A stretch of DNA of 64,000 bases from contig OZ024744.1 in the NCBI GenBank assembly GCA_964016885.1, positions 50,530,001 to 50,594,000 on the forward strand. Direction: 5' to 3'. Source of the DNA: Eledone cirrhosa (lineage: Eukaryota). Both the position numbers and the translations under genes were made by a program. Below the pieces are notes generated by a model that had not been told where the DNA came from, did not search any database, and worked only from the letters and a program-made list of their open reading frames with translations. The first letter of the stretch is position 1. The number at the start of each line of letters is the position of its first letter. Of this stretch, positions 27,301 through 38,570 are shown in pieces.

Positions 27301-28164
27301 ACTGGTTGGAAAAAGTTCAGAGAGCTTATACCACTATTAGCTGCTAAAGGGTTCTCCCTAAAAATGAAAGGCAGGTTGTACGATGCCTGCATACGAACAG
27401 TAATGTTGCATGGTAGTGAGACCTGGGCATTGTGTGCAGAGGATATACGCAGACTAGAGAGGAACGAAGCTTGCATGCTCCGCTGGATGTGTAACAGTAA
27501 TATACGTGAACGGCAAAGCATAAACGAACTAAGGAAAAAATTAGAGATAAGAGGGATCAGATGTTGTTTACTCGAGAGAAGGCTGCGTTGGTATGGACAC
27601 GTGATGCGCATGAAAGTCGATAGCTGTATTACAAAGTGCAGGGCAATAAAGATAGACGGTAGCCACGGAATAGGCAGACCTAGAAAAACATGGGATGAGC
27701 TGATAAACTCCGACCTCACACACTTACACCTCTCCAAGACAATGTCACTGGACCGTGACCTTTGGCGGTACTCAGTAACAGAGAAGACCCGCCTTGCCAG
27801 TAGGCATCTCTAACAAAATACACCCCGTCCCGCCACCACCCCCACCCCATCCACACCACCCCGTTCTATGTAAAGTTATGTTGGTGCCGCGCCATCCAGG
27901 CCGAAACAAATGAGATCGTGTAGGTGTCACGACAAAAAAACACACAGTCCACGCTGTAATGTGGCCGTGTAGGCAACACGGTAAAAACCTCCCAGACCCA
28001 CACTGTAAATGTGGTTGGTGTTAGGAAGGGCATCCAACTGTAGAAAACCTGCCAGACAGTCCTATGCGAGCAAGACAATCACTCTTGCCTCAAGTGGGAC
28101 TACCCCCGTCCAAACCCATGCAAGCGTGGAACACGGACGTTAAACGTTGATGATGATGATGATG
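24332..28164 (+). mobile_element. Full-length, apparently intact RTE LINE family B
   Basis: C-rich 5' region, uninterrupted ORF, modular 3' UTR, terminal stem-loop, then (GAT)n tail running into (TA)n. Confidence 0.96.
24544..27813 (+). CDS. RTE polyprotein: APE endonuclease plus reverse transcriptase with inserted PHD finger (first in-frame ATG 24544; true start may be 24631 or 24700)
   Basis: GTINVGTL, IQETRW, SAYAPQ, GDLNGH, QVDYIL, TSQH; NYRGIKL, QFGF, FVDLEKAFD, GVHQGSVLSPLLF, YADD, FRYLG, RLRWYGH. Confidence 0.95.
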   Translation: MMDGWMDGRTDCGILESGRERKIWTLRAKMPKLKSNSPRGRECEDSSLFRPRMANITLSPPAPHHPHPPNATQNFRVGTINVGTLKGRANEVVEMLERKEVDVCCIQETRWRGGSARFIEGKKRCYKLFWVGNDDGLGGVGIMVAEKWADKIIDVNRVNDRIIKIRLVLNRTTVTVISAYAPQSGLPGTIKDRFYETLLLTTSQISDSDYIIIAGDLNGHVGQHCDGYDEIHGGYGFGTRNEEGSRILEYCDANNLTICNTNFKKRDNHLITYRSGEHTSQVDYILTRRRDRVSVVNTKSLPHEECTSQHRLIISDLIVRTRRTRQQKRTILRRKIWKLKDPTARNKFQSILLDAFDSKEEHLESDNIEGQWKFLKANLLLATDEVCGWSRPVGRRRVTWWWNNRVEGSIKAKKQAWKVWRDGGSRVDYQVARREARREVYLARREAEERKFKHVLQRDDQKREVFRIARQCVKENRDIVGEKCVLNDDGILAITDTDKKVAWKCHYERLLNEENKWEKDSLPHIDPIEGPAVLVEGSIISKAIKGMKTGKAAGPSEIVAEMLKASGTVGHTMVTRIVNQVVQNGVVPKDWHSSIIVNCYKGKGDALDRSNYRGIKLIDQVMKVTEKVIAQLIRERIDLDEMQFGFVSGKSTTDALFIVRQLQEKYLAKGKPLYLAFVDLEKAFDRVPRSIIWWALRKLGVDEWLVRAIQAMYKETVSKVRINNEYSEEFSVKVGVHQGSVLSPLLFIIALQAITEEFKTGCPWELLYADDLTLIAESMAELEKKFQTWKHGLESKGLKINLAKTKVLVCRKENKAAVPSGKWSCSVCRKGVGRNSILCPKCKVWVHKRCSGITGKLTKNIDFTCGRCSGAISSSKCPQNTSSFNCAEGSIEIVDSFRYLGDKISSGGGCSESTVARVRTGWKKFRELIPLLAAKGFSLKMKGRLYDACIRTVMLHGSETWALCAEDIRRLERNEACMLRWMCNSNIRERQSINELRKKLEIRGIRCCLLERRLRWYGHVMRMKVDSCITKCRAIKIDGSHGIGRPRKTWDELINSDLTHLHLSKTMSLDRDLWRYSVTEKTRLASRHL

Positions 28165-28208
28165 ATATATATATACAAATATATATATATATATACATAT
28201 ATATATAC

Positions 28209-28243
<35 letters not shown>

Positions 28244-28245
28244 CA

Positions 28246-28281
<36 letters not shown>

Positions 28282-28305
28282 CAAATATATATGTATATAT
28301 ATACA

Positions 28306-28391
<86 letters not shown>

Positions 28392-28392
28392 C

Positions 28393-28437
<45 letters not shown>

Positions 28438-28540
28438 CATATATATATACATATATATATATACATATACATATACATATATATATATATATACATATAC
28501 ATATACATATATATATACATATATATACATATATATATAC

Positions 28541-28589
<49 letters not shown>

Positions 28590-28909
28590 CATATATATAT
28601 ACATATACATATATATATATACATATATATACATATATATATATATATATACATATATATATACATATATATACATATATATATACATATATAAATACAT
28701 ATATATACATATACATATATATACATATATATATACATATATAAATACATATATATACATATACATATATATACATATATATATACATATATAAATACAT
28801 ATATATACATATACATATATATATACATATATATACATCTATATATATACATATATATACATATATATATATATACATATATATACATATATATATACAT
28901 ATATATACA

Positions 28910-28941
<32 letters not shown>

Positions 28942-28952
28942 CATATATATAC

Positions 28953-28989
<37 letters not shown>

Positions 28990-29016
28990 CATATATATAC
29001 ATATATATATATATAC

Positions 29017-29057
<41 letters not shown>

Positions 29058-29111
29058 TATATATATATATACATATATATACATATATATATATATGTAC
29101 ATATATATACA

Positions 29112-29143
<32 letters not shown>

Positions 29144-29204
29144 CATATATATATATATGTACATATATATATACATATATATACATATATATATATATAT
29201 GTAC

Positions 29205-29237
<33 letters not shown>

Positions 29238-29530
29238 CATATATATATATACATATATATATATATACATATATATATATACATATATATATACATATAT
29301 ATATATACATATATATATACATATATATATACATATATATATACATATATATATATACATATATATACATATATATATATACATATATATACATATATAT
29401 ATATACATATATATATATACATATATATACATATATATATATACATATATATACATATATATATATACATATACATATATACATATACATATATATACAT
29501 ACATATATATATATATACATATATATACAT
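28165..29530. repeat. Very long imperfect (TA)n/(TACA) microsatellite
   Basis: Direct inspection. Similar tracts at 13755-13985, 14530-14760, 15295-15555, 22270-22940, 33765-34225, 34915-35510, 36445-36790 and 38570-38800. Confidence 0.98.
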
Positions 29531-30245
29531 ATTTTGCTGAACAAATAATTTGGAGATAATTATAAAGAATTAATATATCTACCGACATATGTATACAGAT
29601 GCATACCTATGCTAGCAAATATATATGTTTTGTCTTAGTAACTTTGTGGTTCTATGCAGGGGGATTCAGAACAATTATATGAAAGACGTAAATAAGAAAG
29701 TTATGAAAATTGATACTTACTAAAATTTCACTCCAACTAATTAGTTTCTGTAAGGGGATAAATATAGTTACGTAATAACTATAGAGAAACCTTACGTCAT
29801 CAGGGAGTCTATTCTCAGCTAAGCTTCCAGGCAATGCGGAGACACTGGGAACTTATATAAAAATAATCCAGTGGATGGAAAAAAGCGAGCGGGGCTAGAT
29901 TTCAAGACATTGAAAAATTCACTGCCTTCTCGGTCAAGTGGCAAATTCAAAAGAATCAATCACATGACACTGAGGTTAACCAGCTTGGAGTGGGGGTGCT
30001 ATTAAGACAGAGCCTAGCCACTACTATCAGTCACAGTAGTAATTTCGGCAAATTTTGCTCAACAAATAATTTGGAGATAATTATAAAGAATTAATATATC
30101 TACCAACATATGTATACAGATGCATACCTATGCTAGCAAATATATATGTTTTGTCTTAGTAACTTTGTGGTTCTATGCAGGGGGATGCAGAACAATTATA
30201 TGAAAGACGTAAATAAGAAAGTTATGAAAATTGACTTACTTACTA
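29531..30245 (-). mobile_element. Non-coding hammerhead-bearing element with ~190-bp terminal direct repeats (period 521 bp)
   Basis: 29531-29722 repeats at 30052-30245; HHR next to the left repeat; TA flanks. Confidence 0.75.
29730..29808 (-). ncRNA. Type I hammerhead ribozyme with palindromic stem III
   Basis: Minus strand: actcc CTGATGA c gtaagg ... tatagtta ttacg taactata ... ccttac a GAAA ctaattag TT | ggagt. Confidence 0.8.
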
Positions 30246-30261
30246 TATATATATGTATATG

Positions 30262-30680
30262 TATTAAGAAATAAACCAAAGAAGCCTTCAATACATCAAA
30301 AGTCTTTATTAGCCAACAATGTTTCATCCTATTAAGGACTCATCAGGGCAAGTAAAGCTATAAGAAGCACTATCGGCCAATACGAGCCAAAAACTCAGAA
30401 GAATATGGAGTATACATACATTAAAGCATAGGAAAATTATCAAGTAAAAATTATCAAGTAAGAATTGCTAAGGAAGTGAATAACATTTTGAACCATATTA
30501 CAAATATAGTACAATGCAAAAACTAAAGCTAAACACAAGTGGTGATATAAAGGGAGAATTACGGTGCTAAATATAATATAATATAATTGATAATGATAAT
30601 AATAATAATATTAAAAGGCCCAATAAACATACACATACATATACATATGTACACACATACATATACATATATATATCAAT
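30262..30680 (-). repeat. Penelope pseudo-LTR-like segment, inverted copy of 33240-33660; includes an HHR at 30304-30357
   Basis: Near-exact reverse complement. HHR reads gcc CTGATGA gtcc ttaata ggat GAAA cattg TT ggc. Confidence 0.8.
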
Positions 30681-30686
30681 ACACAT

Positions 30687-32767
30687 AAGGTAGCTTGGAA
30701 GTGTCACTATGAAAGGCTACTCAATGAGGAGAATAAATGGGAGAAAGACAGTCTCCCCCACATCAACCCAATAGAGGGACCAGCAGTGTTAGTTGAGGGT
30801 AGTAAAATAAGTAAGGCAATCAAAGATATGAAGACAGGCAAGGCGGCTGGGCCTTCGGAAATAGTTGCCGAGATGCTGAAGGCATCTGGTACGGTGGGAC
30901 ACACCATGGTCACCCGGATAGTCAACCAAGTCATACAGAATGGGGTTGTTCCGAAGGACTGGCGTAGCAGCATTATCGTTAACTGTTATAAGGGTAAAGG
31001 AGATGCCCTAGATAGGAGTAACTATAGAGACATTAAATTAATCGACCAGGTCATGAAGGTCACGGAAAAAGTACCACAGACGCTCTTTTCATTGTACGAC
31101 AACTACAGGAGAAGTACCTAGCTAAAAGTAAACCCCTATACTTAATTTTCGTCGACTTGGAGAAGGCCTTCGACAGAGTCCCCCGTTCCATTATCTGGTG
31201 GGCTCTTAGAAAACTAGGTGTCGATGAATGGCTTGTGAGAGCTATACAAGCCATGTATAAAGAAACAGTCAGCAAGGTTAGAATTAACAACGAATATAGT
31301 GAAGAGTTTAGTGTAAAAGTTGGTGTTCATCAGGGCTCTGTTCTTAGCCCCCTACTATTTATTATTGCCCTCCAGGCTATAACAGTGGAGTTCAAGACCG
31401 GCTGCCCATGGGAACTCCTATACGCAGATGATCTAACGCTCATAGCTGAATCAATGGCCGAGCTAGAGAAGAAATTCCAAACATGGAAGCACGGGCTAGA
31501 ATCAAAAGGCCTTAAAATTAACCTGGCTAAGACTAAAGTTCTAGTTTGTAAGAAAGAAAATAAGGCGGCGGTCCCCTCCGGGAAGTGGCCATGCGCAGAG
31601 TGTAGGAAAGGCGTAGGTAGAAATTCCATTTTGTGTCCCAAATGCAAAGTTTGGGTTCATAAAAGATGTAGTGGGATCACAGGTAAGCTAACTAAGAACA
31701 TAGATTTTACATGTGGCTGGTGTTCTGGGGCAATAAGTAGCAGCAAGTGCCCACAAAATACTAGCTCTTTCAATTGCGCAGTGGGTTCTATAGAAATAGT
31801 GGACAGCTTCCGTTACCTGGGTGACAAAATCAGCAGTGGAGGAGGGTACTCTGAAAGTACAGTAGCTAGCGTCAGAACTGGGTGGAAAAAGTTCAGAGAG
31901 CTTATACCACTATTAGCCGCTAAAGGGTTCTCCCTAAAAATGAAAGGCAGGTTGTACGATGCCTGCATACGAACAGCAATGTTGCATGGCAGTGAGACCT
32001 GGGCATTGTGTGCAGAGGATATACGCAGACTAGAGAGAAACGAAGCTTGCATGCTCCGCTGGATGTGTAATAGTAATATATGTGAACGACAAAGCATAAA
32101 CGAACTAAGGAAAAAATTAGAAATAAGAGGGATCAGATGTTGTTTACTAGAGAGAAGGCTACGTTGGTATGGTCACGTGATGCGCATGAAGGACGATAGC
32201 TGTATAACAAAGTGCAGGGCAATAAAGATAGACGGTAGCCACGGAATAGGCAGACCCAGAAAAACCTGGGACGAGCTGATAAACTCCGACCTCACACACT
32301 TACAACTCACCAAGACAATGTCACTGGACCGAGACCTTTGGCGGTACTCAGTAATAGAGAAGACCCGCCTTACCTAAATACAAAGTAAAACCTACTACAG
32401 TCAGTAGGCATCTCTAACAAAATACACCCCCGTCCCACCACCCCCACCCCATCCACACCGCCCCCTTCTATGTAAAGTTATGTTGGTGCCACACCATCCA
32501 GGCCGAAACAAATGAGATCGTGTAGGTGTCACGACAAAAAACACACAGTCCACGCTGTAATGTGGCCGTGTAGGCAACACGGTAAAAACCTCCCAGACCC
32601 ACACTGTAAATGTGGTTTGTGTTAGGAAGGGCATCCAACTGTAGAAAACCTGCCAGACAGTCCTATGCAAGCAAGACGATCACTCTTGCCTCAAGTGGGA
32701 AAACCCCCGTCCAAACCCATGCAAGCGTGGAACACGGACGTTAAACGATGATGATGATGATGATGAT
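30687..32767 (+). mobile_element. 5'-truncated RTE family B copy
   Basis: RT with YADD, PHD insert, 3' UTR and (GAT)n; internal deletion near 31073. Confidence 0.93.
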
Positions 32768-33566
32768 ATGCATCTATACAAACCCAAACTAACACCTATT
32801 AAGAGTTTAAATAAAAATAAAAATAATACATATATTATTTACAGTATAAAATGATAAAGAAATGAGTAAAAGTAAACATATAAAATATAATATACTATAT
32901 AAATATATAATTAATAATCTCCGGTCAATTTGCACAAACAGTATAAATATTACAATAACACTATAATAACAATATTATAATATATTGGCATATAACTTAA
33001 ATCATATAAAGTTACACACAGGGGGTGAGAAAAAAACATCATACAGAACTAAATTGTGTTGAAAAGATTGTGCTGGAAAAATATCTATACCGTTGTAAGA
33101 AAACAGACGGAGGTCAAGTTTTTATACAATTGGTATAAATAAGTATTATCAAAACATTACAAAAATTATAAAAATATATACATATTACAGAATTTACAAA
33201 ATTTAACATAAGGGTACATCAATATTAAATAATGAACATATATATATATATGTATATGTATGTGTGTACATATGTATATGTATGTGTATGTTTATTGGGC
33301 CTTTTAATATTATTATTATTATCATTATCAATTATATTATATTATATTATATTATATTATATTATATTTAGCACCGTAATTCTCCCTTTATATCACCACT
33401 TGTGTTTAGCTTTAGTTTTTGCATTGTACTATATTTGTAATATGGTTCAAAATGTTATTCACTTCCTTAGCAATTTTTACTTGATAATTTTCCTATGCTT
33501 TAATGTATGTATACTCCATATTCTTCCGAGTTTTTGGCTCGTATTGGCCGATAGTGCTTCTTATAG

Positions 33567-33620
33567 CTTTACTTGCCCTGATGAGTCCTTAATAGGACGA
33601 AACATTGTTGGCTAATAAAG
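33567..33620 (+). ncRNA. Minimal type I hammerhead ribozyme (Penelope type) within pLTR-like segment 33240-33762
   Basis: cttta cttgcc CTGATGA gtcc ttaata ggac GAAA cattg TT | ggc taa taaag. Canonical core and quasi-palindromic stem III AACATTGTT. Confidence 0.85.
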
Positions 33621-34164
33621 ACTTTTGATGTATTGAAGGCTTCTTTGGTTTATTTCTTAATTCTTTGGCTCTGTTTAATTACATTGAGCTATATCTTATA
33701 CTGTCATTTCTATAATATGAAGAGGGTGTTTAACTCCAACACACTCTAGTATTTTAATTCTTATATGTATATGTATATATCTATATATATATGTATATAT
33801 GTATATATCTATATGTATATGTATATATGTATATATGTATATATCTATATGTATATATGTATATGTATATATCTATATATGTATATGTATATATCTATGT
33901 ATATGTATATATATATATATATGTATATATCTATATATGTATATGTATATATATATATATGTATATATCTATATATCTATATGTATATATGTATATGTAT
34001 ATATCTATATATATATATCTATATATCTATATGTATATATGTACATGTATATATCTATGTATATATCTATATATATATGTATATATATATATGTATATGT
34101 ATATATATGTATATATATGTATATATATATATATACATATATATATGTATATATATGTATATAT

Positions 34165-34199
<35 letters not shown>

Positions 34200-34561
34200 T
34201 ATATCTATATGTATATATCTATATGTTTATATTTGTCTCATATACCACTTAGAATATATATATATATGTTTGACAATTGCCACCGACGAATGCGAGAAAG
34301 TTCTCCTCTCCAAGAAAGTTAACCTGAAATCTTTAAAATTCTTCTCGCTAAAGTTAACAAAGAACTTACTAGATCTACCAACTTATAATATTATAATATT
34401 ATATAATTAAATGTTCGGTGAATCCATACGTACATATATATATGTGTGCATGTATTTGTATATATATACATATACATACTACTGTACGTCTGTATACATA
34501 TATGTATGTACATATACATACTTATACATATATATGTATATATATATATACATATATATGT

Positions 34562-34697
34562 ATAAGATGATGAATGACATACCCTGACATAGTAGATGGT
34601 TAAGATTCAGTCAGAGTAGTGAATATGATGTCATATTCACTACCATGACTGAATCTTAACCATCTACTATGTCAGGGTATGTCATGCATCATCTTAT
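34562..34697. repeat. Long palindrome: 67-bp arms, 2-nt spacer, 3 mismatches
   Basis: 34562-34628 is the reverse complement of 34631-34697. Confidence 0.95.
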
Positions 34698-34969
34698 TTT
34701 ATCTGAGGAGGATGTACTGTTGAAGATAGCTCAGTTACTCTGACATATGTATAATAAAATATACTTGATCACACGAATGTCTATTTTTGTTAATATTTTG
34801 AATTATTAATAACTCCGGAAAACTGTCACTGTTGAGTGCTTCCAATCTATTGTAAAACTAATTCTTTGATTTATTCATTGAACCTTGTTTAACCTTTAAA
34901 TGTGTGTATAAATATATATATATATGTGTGTATATATATATAAATATATATCTATATGTGTGTGTGTAA

Positions 34970-35039
<70 letters not shown>

Positions 35040-35200
35040 GTATATATGTGTGTGTGTATATATGTGTATGTGTATATATATGTGTGTGTATATATATATA
35101 TGTGTATATATATATATATATGTGTGTATATATATGTGTGTATATATATATGTGTGTGTATATATATGTGTGTGTATATATATGTGTGTGTATATATATA

Positions 35201-35232
<32 letters not shown>

Positions 35233-35518
35233 GATGTGTGTATATATATATATAGATGTGTGTATATATATATATATATAGATGTGTGTATATATATATA
35301 GATGTGTGTGTATATATATATAGATGTGTGTGTATATATATATATAGATGTGTGTGTATATATATGTGTGTGTATGTATATATATATATATATATGTGTG
35401 CGTGTGTGTATATATATATGTGTGTGTATATATATATGTGTGTGTGTATATATCTATATATGTGTGTGTGTATATATATATATGTGTGTGTGTGTATATA
35501 TATATATATATAAATAAT

Positions 35519-36445
35519 GGAGGCACATGGCTTAGTGGTTAGAGCATTGGCCTTGCAATCGAAAGGTTGTGAGTTTAATTCTCAGACCGGGTGATGTGTT
35601 TCCTTGAGCAAGGCACTTTATTTCACATTGCTCCAGTTTACTCAGCTGTAGAAATGAGATGATAGGGACTGGGGGGTCCCTATCATTCCACTGCAAAGTG
35701 GTCGTGGAGGTGCCACGGAAAAAAAGCACCCAGCACTCACTGTAAATGAGGTTGGTGTTAGGAAGGGCATCCAGACAATGTCACTGGACCGAGACCTTTG
35801 GCGGTACTCAGTAATAGAGAAGACCCGCCTTACCTAAATACAAAGTAAAAACCTACTACAGTCAGTAGGCATCTCTATCAAAACACACCCCCATCCCACC
35901 ACCTCCACCCCATCCACACCGCCCCTTTCAATGTAAAGTTATGTTGGTCCCACAACATCCAGGCCGAAACAAATGAGACAAATGAGATCGTGTAGGTGTC
36001 ACAACAAAAAAACACACAGTCCACGCTGTAAATGTGGCCGTGTAGGCAACACAGTAAAAACCTCCCAGCCCCACACTGTAAATGTGGTTGGTGTTAGGAA
36101 GGGCATCTAGCTGTAGAAAACCCGCCAGACAGTTCACGCTGTAATGTGGCCGTGTAGGCAACACGGTAAAAACCTCCCAGCCCCACACTGTAAATGTGGT
36201 TGGTGTTAGGAAGGGCATCCAGCTGTAGAAAACCCGCCAGACAGTCCTATGCGAGCAAGACAACCACTCTTGCCTCAAGTGGGAAAACCCCCGTCCAAAC
36301 CCATGCAAGCGTGGAACACGGACGCTAAACCTGATGATGATGATGATGATGATGATCCAGCTGTAGAAATCAAGCCAGAATCAGTTCCCATCCCACCCTT
36401 GCAAGCAGGGAAAAGTGGACGTAAAATGAATGATGATGATGATGA

Positions 36446-36446
<1 letters not shown>
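35519..36446 (+). mobile_element. tRNA-derived SINE family A interrupted by an RTE family B 3' fragment (35775-36354)
   Basis: A-box tggcttagtggt, B-box-like gagtttaattc, CORE-like ccttgagcaaggcacttta. ATCCAG is duplicated on both sides of the insert. Confidence 0.85.
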
Positions 36447-36488
<42 letters not shown>

Positions 36489-36625
36489 ATATATATATAT
36501 GTGTGTATATATATATATATGTGTGTATATATATATATATATGTGTGTATATATATATATATGTGTGTATATATATATATATGTGTGTATATATATATAT
36601 ATGTTTGTGTGTATATATATGTATG

Positions 36626-36666
<41 letters not shown>

Positions 36667-36792
36667 GTGTGTGTGTATATATATGTGTGTGTGTATATAT
36701 ATATATATGTGTGTTGTATATATATATATGTGTGTTATATATATATATATGTGTGTGTTATTATATTTATATATATATGTGTGTGTATATGA

Positions 36793-37812
36793 TCAGTTTG
36801 TCTACCTGGGAAGCACTGTCAATCGATACGACAACCTTGATAATGAAATTCCACTCAGCATTAGGAAAGCAAGTGATGCTTTCGGAAAGCTAGAAAGGCA
36901 CCTCTGGGGTCGGTGAGACATATGCAAGAAGACAAAGGTAAAGGTGTATAAGGCATGTGTGCTCTCTTCTCTTCTTTATGCCTGCTAGACCTGGGTCACA
37001 TATTGACACCACCTTAAACAATTGGAGCGTTTCCATCAGATGTGTCTCAGACGGATCCATGGCATTCGCTGGAGGGACCACATCAACGATGTTGAGATTT
37101 TGGAAAGCTCTCTGTGTGACAGTATAGAAGCTCTTGTGCTTAAGCAAAGACTCCGATGGAGTGGTCACTTTGCCAGGATGAAGGATTCTAGAATACCAAA
37201 ACAACTCATTTATGGAGAATTAGTTAAAGGAAAACGACCCCCACATAAACCAAAAAAGAGGTATAAGGATTCGTTGAAAGCCTCTTTGAAAGATGCTAAC
37301 ATCTCTGCTGATCGTAATAAATGGAGAAAGATGCTATATGAAGGGAAAGTTGCCTTTGAGGTATCCCGAATCGCATACAAGAAAGTAAACAGGGATGTAA
37401 GGAAGGTCATTGCTGTTGCATTTCCAGACAGAGAAGGTCCTCTTATGGCACTGACATGCGTCTGTGCGAGAGCCTGCCTCAGCACAGCTGGACTCGAAAG
37501 ACATCTTCGCAGTCAATAAAGTGAGACCAGTGGTTGACTACCAGGCTGCTGTTGGAGATGCTACTCATCATGCCTGTCAAACATGTGGTAGAGAATGTAA
37601 ATCAGCAGGAGGGCTCAAACGACATTCAAAAGTACATGAACTCCAACCACAGCCGGCTATTCCCAGTGAATGTTTTGGTTGCCAACTCTGTGCAAGACAT
37701 TTTAGATCATTGGCTGGGCTAAAAAGCCACATTCGATCACAGCATCGTTAATTGTTATTATGTGTACGTGTGTGTGCGTGTGTGTGTCTATATGTAGATA
37801 TGTGTGTGTGTG

Positions 37813-37850
<38 letters not shown>

Positions 37851-37926
37851 ATTATTATTATTATTATTGTCGTTATGTTTTTTTTGTGTGCAATGGCCAT
37901 ACTCGGTAACGAGGGGGAAGCCATCA
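36793..37926 (+). mobile_element. RTE/BovB-like LINE 3' fragment with three C-terminal C2H2 zinc fingers
   Basis: FVYLGS, ERFHQMCLRRI, LRWSGH, PKQLIYGEL; C.CARACLSTAGLERH, CQTCGRECKSAGGLKRH and CQLCARHFRSLAGLKSH. Confidence 0.85.
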
Positions 37927-37999
37927 TGTATATATGTATGTATATATTATGTCGGGTCACTCTTGAGTGCTACTGGTAACATGTAACTCAGTACAACCT

Positions 38000-38570
38000 G
38001 TCACATGGTCGGGTCCTCAGCGACTAAACCAGCAACCCCACCAACTTTACTTGGTTAGGAGGGTGAATTTGGACACCCTGCAGGACAAAAAACAAGTCCT
38101 GAGAAAGGGCAGAAGAACTCGTAAGAGTCAACTGCCATCCAAAGGTGTGTAAATATGTATATACACATGTACATATGTATGTATATGTGTATATACATGG
38201 GTGCACGTGTGTGTATATGCGCGGGGACATAAAAATAGTCGGGCTGGACACCCGATCGCGTGGTTAAACTACTGGTAGTGTAGAACCCATAGCCTTTGTC
38301 AGGGCATTCTTCTTGGAGAAGGCAACTCAGGATACTGGGATAACTCTAATATAAAACCTGCGGCTCAGTAGTTACTGATGATGTTGATCTATTCTTCTTT
38401 TCGGGTTTTAGCTACTGTCGCTCAGAGAGTGGGATTGGCTCAGTGCACATTCTTTCTTCTCTTTAAAAAAATATCTTCACGCACAGGCATTGCATGAAAG
38501 AATTAATTAATAATTATTAATAATGTTATATCATGCAATAGCCATACTCAAAAACAAGTGGGCAGCCATG
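38000..38570 (+). mobile_element. Second bipartite non-autonomous RTE derivative
   Basis: Colinear with 13988-14530 (catggtcgggtc..gcgactaaac..gcaaccccaccaa..ttggttaggagggtga). Confidence 0.65.

Noticed and set aside
27998-28014. tRNA-Tyr anticodon-arm mimic (ccaca-CTGTAAA-tgtgg)
   Set aside because: The loop varies among modules (ctgtaa, gcaa, ctgca) and no other tRNA arms are present; kept only as a generic hairpin.
28090-29588. Long Y/I/M/C/V-rich ORFs here and in other TA tracts
   Set aside because: Translations of (TA)n-type microsatellites that lack stops by composition; not genes.
34700-34850. Possible hammerhead (CTGAGGA ... GAAA) after the palindrome
   Set aside because: I could not form convincing stems I and III or place an NUH triplet.
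35519-35592. tRNA gene
   Set aside because: A/B boxes run into a SINE body and LINE-type tail; no proper cloverleaf.
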